From contig JAUCBJ010005741.1 of the NCBI GenBank assembly GCA_032718475.1, forward strand, positions 62,001 through 126,000: a DNA stretch of 64,000 nt, given 5' to 3'. Below the pieces are notes generated by a model. It made no database searches and was not told the origin of the DNA. It saw nothing but the letters and a program-made list of their open reading frames with translations. Position numbers and translations under genes: made by a program. Positions within the stretch are counted from its first letter, which is position 1. Each line of letters begins with the position of its first letter. The stretch is from Nemertoderma westbladi (Eukaryota; Animalia; Xenacoelomorpha). Of this stretch, positions 62,982 to 64,000 are shown one piece after another.

Positions 62982-64000
62982 CTGGGCTAATAACACAGTG
63001 ACCATATCCTCGTGGCCTTCCCTGGCCGCCTCCATCAGGGGGCTGTAACCTTCATCGTTAACCTCCTCCAGCAGAGCGCCGTGATTAATTAGCAACAACG
63101 CCAACTCAACGTGGCCCCCGCACGCGGCCAGCGTTAAGGGAGACTCGAAACTATCCGCAGGCATGTTCACCTCGGCTCCCTTATCCAGGAGGAGTTTGGC
63201 CACGTCCACGTGTCCGTCCATGCACGCCTCCATGAGGGCGGTGTGCATCTCGTCAGTCTTGTGCTCGTGGTCCGCCCCCCTGCCCAATAGGTACTGCACC
63301 ATCTCGAGATGCCCCTTGTAGCAGGCCAACGTCAGCGCGGACTCCTTGAACTCGCTGCTGTGCGAGTTGATCCCGGCGCCGCGGTCCAGCAGTACGCCGG
63401 CCACGTCTACGTGTCCGGAACTCGCCGCCTCCATCAGCGGGGTATGGCCGTTCTCGTTCTGATCCTCTAACGAGGTGCCTCGATCCAACAGGAGCCCCGC
63501 GATCTCGTGGAACCCGTTGGTGGCCGCGTAATGCAACGCCGTGTTCGCCGCTAACGACTGCATCGATACGTCGGCTTTGTTATCGAGAAGGAGCTGAACG
63601 ACATCGTTGTTCCCGTTCCCCGAGGCTTCCATCAACGGCGTTAGATCCCCCTTGGAGCCCCGATCGTCCACATTGACACCCGCACGCAGTAAATACTTGA
63701 CGATATCGAGGTAACCTGCGTTCGCAGCTATAGACAGCACGGAATCACCCTCGTCCGTTGTCTCATCGATGCTACAACCTTCTTCCAGTAGTTTTTTAAC
63801 GGTTTTCAAATCTCCCTCCGAAACGGCTTCAGCGAGAGTTATCTTAGCGACGGAACTCTCCGCGTTCTGACTCGTCCCGCTGTCGGTACGCATTCGCGTC
63901 AACGCAGCGGCCGCCTCGTCCAACGCTGAACTCACGCTACTCGTCAGCTGTTTGAGCACCTCGGGATCGGCAAGTAATTTGCCGTCGGCCGTGGCCAGCC
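62982..64000 (-). CDS. ANKHD1: Mask/ANKHD1 exon (start of first ankyrin cluster); runs off the window end
   Basis: LTSSVSSALDEAAAALTRMR (conserved Mask N-terminal motif), HSSEFKESALTLACYKGH and KTDEMHTALMEACMDGH; donor CAG|GTAAG at 62982. Confidence 0.93.

Overview
Repeat-rich eukaryotic (animal-like) genomic window. The left half is dominated by a full-length 18.4-kb BEL/Pao LTR retrotransposon (6211-24633) with 1141-bp TGT..ACA LTRs and a 5-bp TSD (ACCTG), inserted into a 27-bp satellite. It has two unusual properties. (1) There is no tRNA-type PBS: the 15 nt directly after the 5' LTR are the perfect reverse complement of a segment inside the LTR, resembling Tf1-type self-priming. (2) After pol it carries a long accessory ORF (about 1400 aa once stops and frameshifts are bridged) that is not env-like but has WRN/EXD/Mut-7-type DEDDy 3'-5' exonuclease motifs followed by CCHC zinc knuckles. 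Its pol is interrupted by an antisense RTE fragment flanked by a 325-bp duplication. The right half holds the last four coding exons of a Mask/ANKHD1/ANKRD17 gene (minus strand; the 5' end is beyond the window). Its introns contain satellites, RTE fragments, MITE/Helitron-like elements and a nested antisense mucin-stalk fibrinogen-domain pseudogene. A small two-exon proline-rich secreted-protein candidate lies at 3600-5058. All family calls come from motif recognition by eye; no database searches were run.
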